From: Amphiscolops sp. MND2022
Lineage: Eukaryota
Assembly (NCBI GenBank): GCA_964187785.1
Contig: OZ076412.1
Coordinates: forward strand, 72,478,001 to 72,542,000
Reading direction: 5' to 3'
DNA: 64,000 bases
Under the pieces are notes generated by a model, which searched no databases, was not told the DNA's origin, and saw only the letters and a list, made by a program, of their open reading frames with translations. The first letter of the stretch is position 1, and every line of letters begins with the position of its first letter. The position numbers were made by a program, and so were the translations under genes. Below are positions 63,295-64,000 of the stretch, piece by piece.

Positions 63295-63961
63295 TCAACA
63301 AATCAAATTCAACAAGTCTTCATTGAGAAGACAATTGTCTGAAAACAAATGGTAGCTTTCCGGCCTTCTCCACTCCCAGTTGACATCACAGCTTCTCATA
63401 AGTGAAACCTTGTGTTGAAACACCCAGTGTTGAACATCTCTCCAATCCGGGTAAGAACCAACGATCCTTGTAGCTGTAGGGACCATATTGATATTGAAAC
63501 CCACTTTCATTCCAGCAACCCACCAATCTGCTGTTGATATCTCAGCAAAGTCCGTGAACAGGTAACAGGAATATGGCGCTAATTTCGCGATGTACGAGGA
63601 TATCGTACAAATGACTTTGCTTGCTGCATTGGGTGATGAACTCTATGCCTTTACGAACTTCGGCTGTATCCATTTTCACTCCATGATACCTGCGATCCAG
63701 TAAATTTGCAGCGTGAAAAAGGCAGCAGTCCGGACGGTTGGCAATTTTGAAACGCCGGGCATTTTGTACGCAGATCGAGCCAAGTTGCGAATACATCGCC
63801 AAAGAATACTTTCTCGGATTGAAGTTTATCTTGTGCAACTGTAATCGGTTAAAAACTTGCCAGTAACTCTCGGAAACTTCTTTTTCAGGAATTCGTTCCA
63901 TCGTTCGGTACAAGGAATCTTGAGTCTTGAGAGTTTTCCGAAAATCATTATGTTCAACCAA
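63295..63961 (-). pseudogene. Decayed coding remnant resembling the C-terminal zinc-binding tail of a LINE ORF2
   Basis: Adjacent ORFs 63542-63961 and 63295-63510; RFKIANRPDCCLFH..YH resembles a degenerate post-RT C-x2-C..H region. Continues beyond the window. Confidence 0.3.
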
Positions 63962-64000
63962 TGTGTCTTGTCTCTAGCCTGCTGGCAGAACACTAGATGA

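Overview
AT-rich eukaryotic (animal-type) genomic DNA with spliceosomal GT-AG introns, dense transposon content and one 200-N scaffold gap (29942-30141). The taxon cannot be determined from the sequence. Three apparently intact host genes cluster at 7.9-20.8 kb: a three-exon C1QBP/MAM33-family gene (minus strand; exons 18467-18054, 12850-12719, 8230-7898), a divergent single-exon SAM-methyltransferase-like gene (18853-19455) and a tetraspanin (minus strand, 20789-19920). The rest is mostly mobile DNA: Helentron/DINE-like non-autonomous repeats, hAT elements and MITEs, a 2.8-kb foldback in a C1QBP intron, a 5'-truncated CR1-type LINE, a near-full-length LINE with PHD+CCHC ORF1 and an extra upstream SGNH-like ORF, a truncated Copia and a decayed Gypsy. 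The most unusual region is about 33.0-44.3 kb, a decayed multi-gene block. By manual translation across stops and frameshifts it holds a RAG1/Transib-like DDE transposase with a BRCT-like tail, a Tudor/Royal-family-like ORF and a spliced 2xC2H2-JmjC (KDM2/KDM7-like) gene. Private non-coding motifs link these parts, suggesting a large transposon carrying a histone-methylation reader/eraser module. All domain calls are by eye, with no database searches, and the termini of that block were not found.
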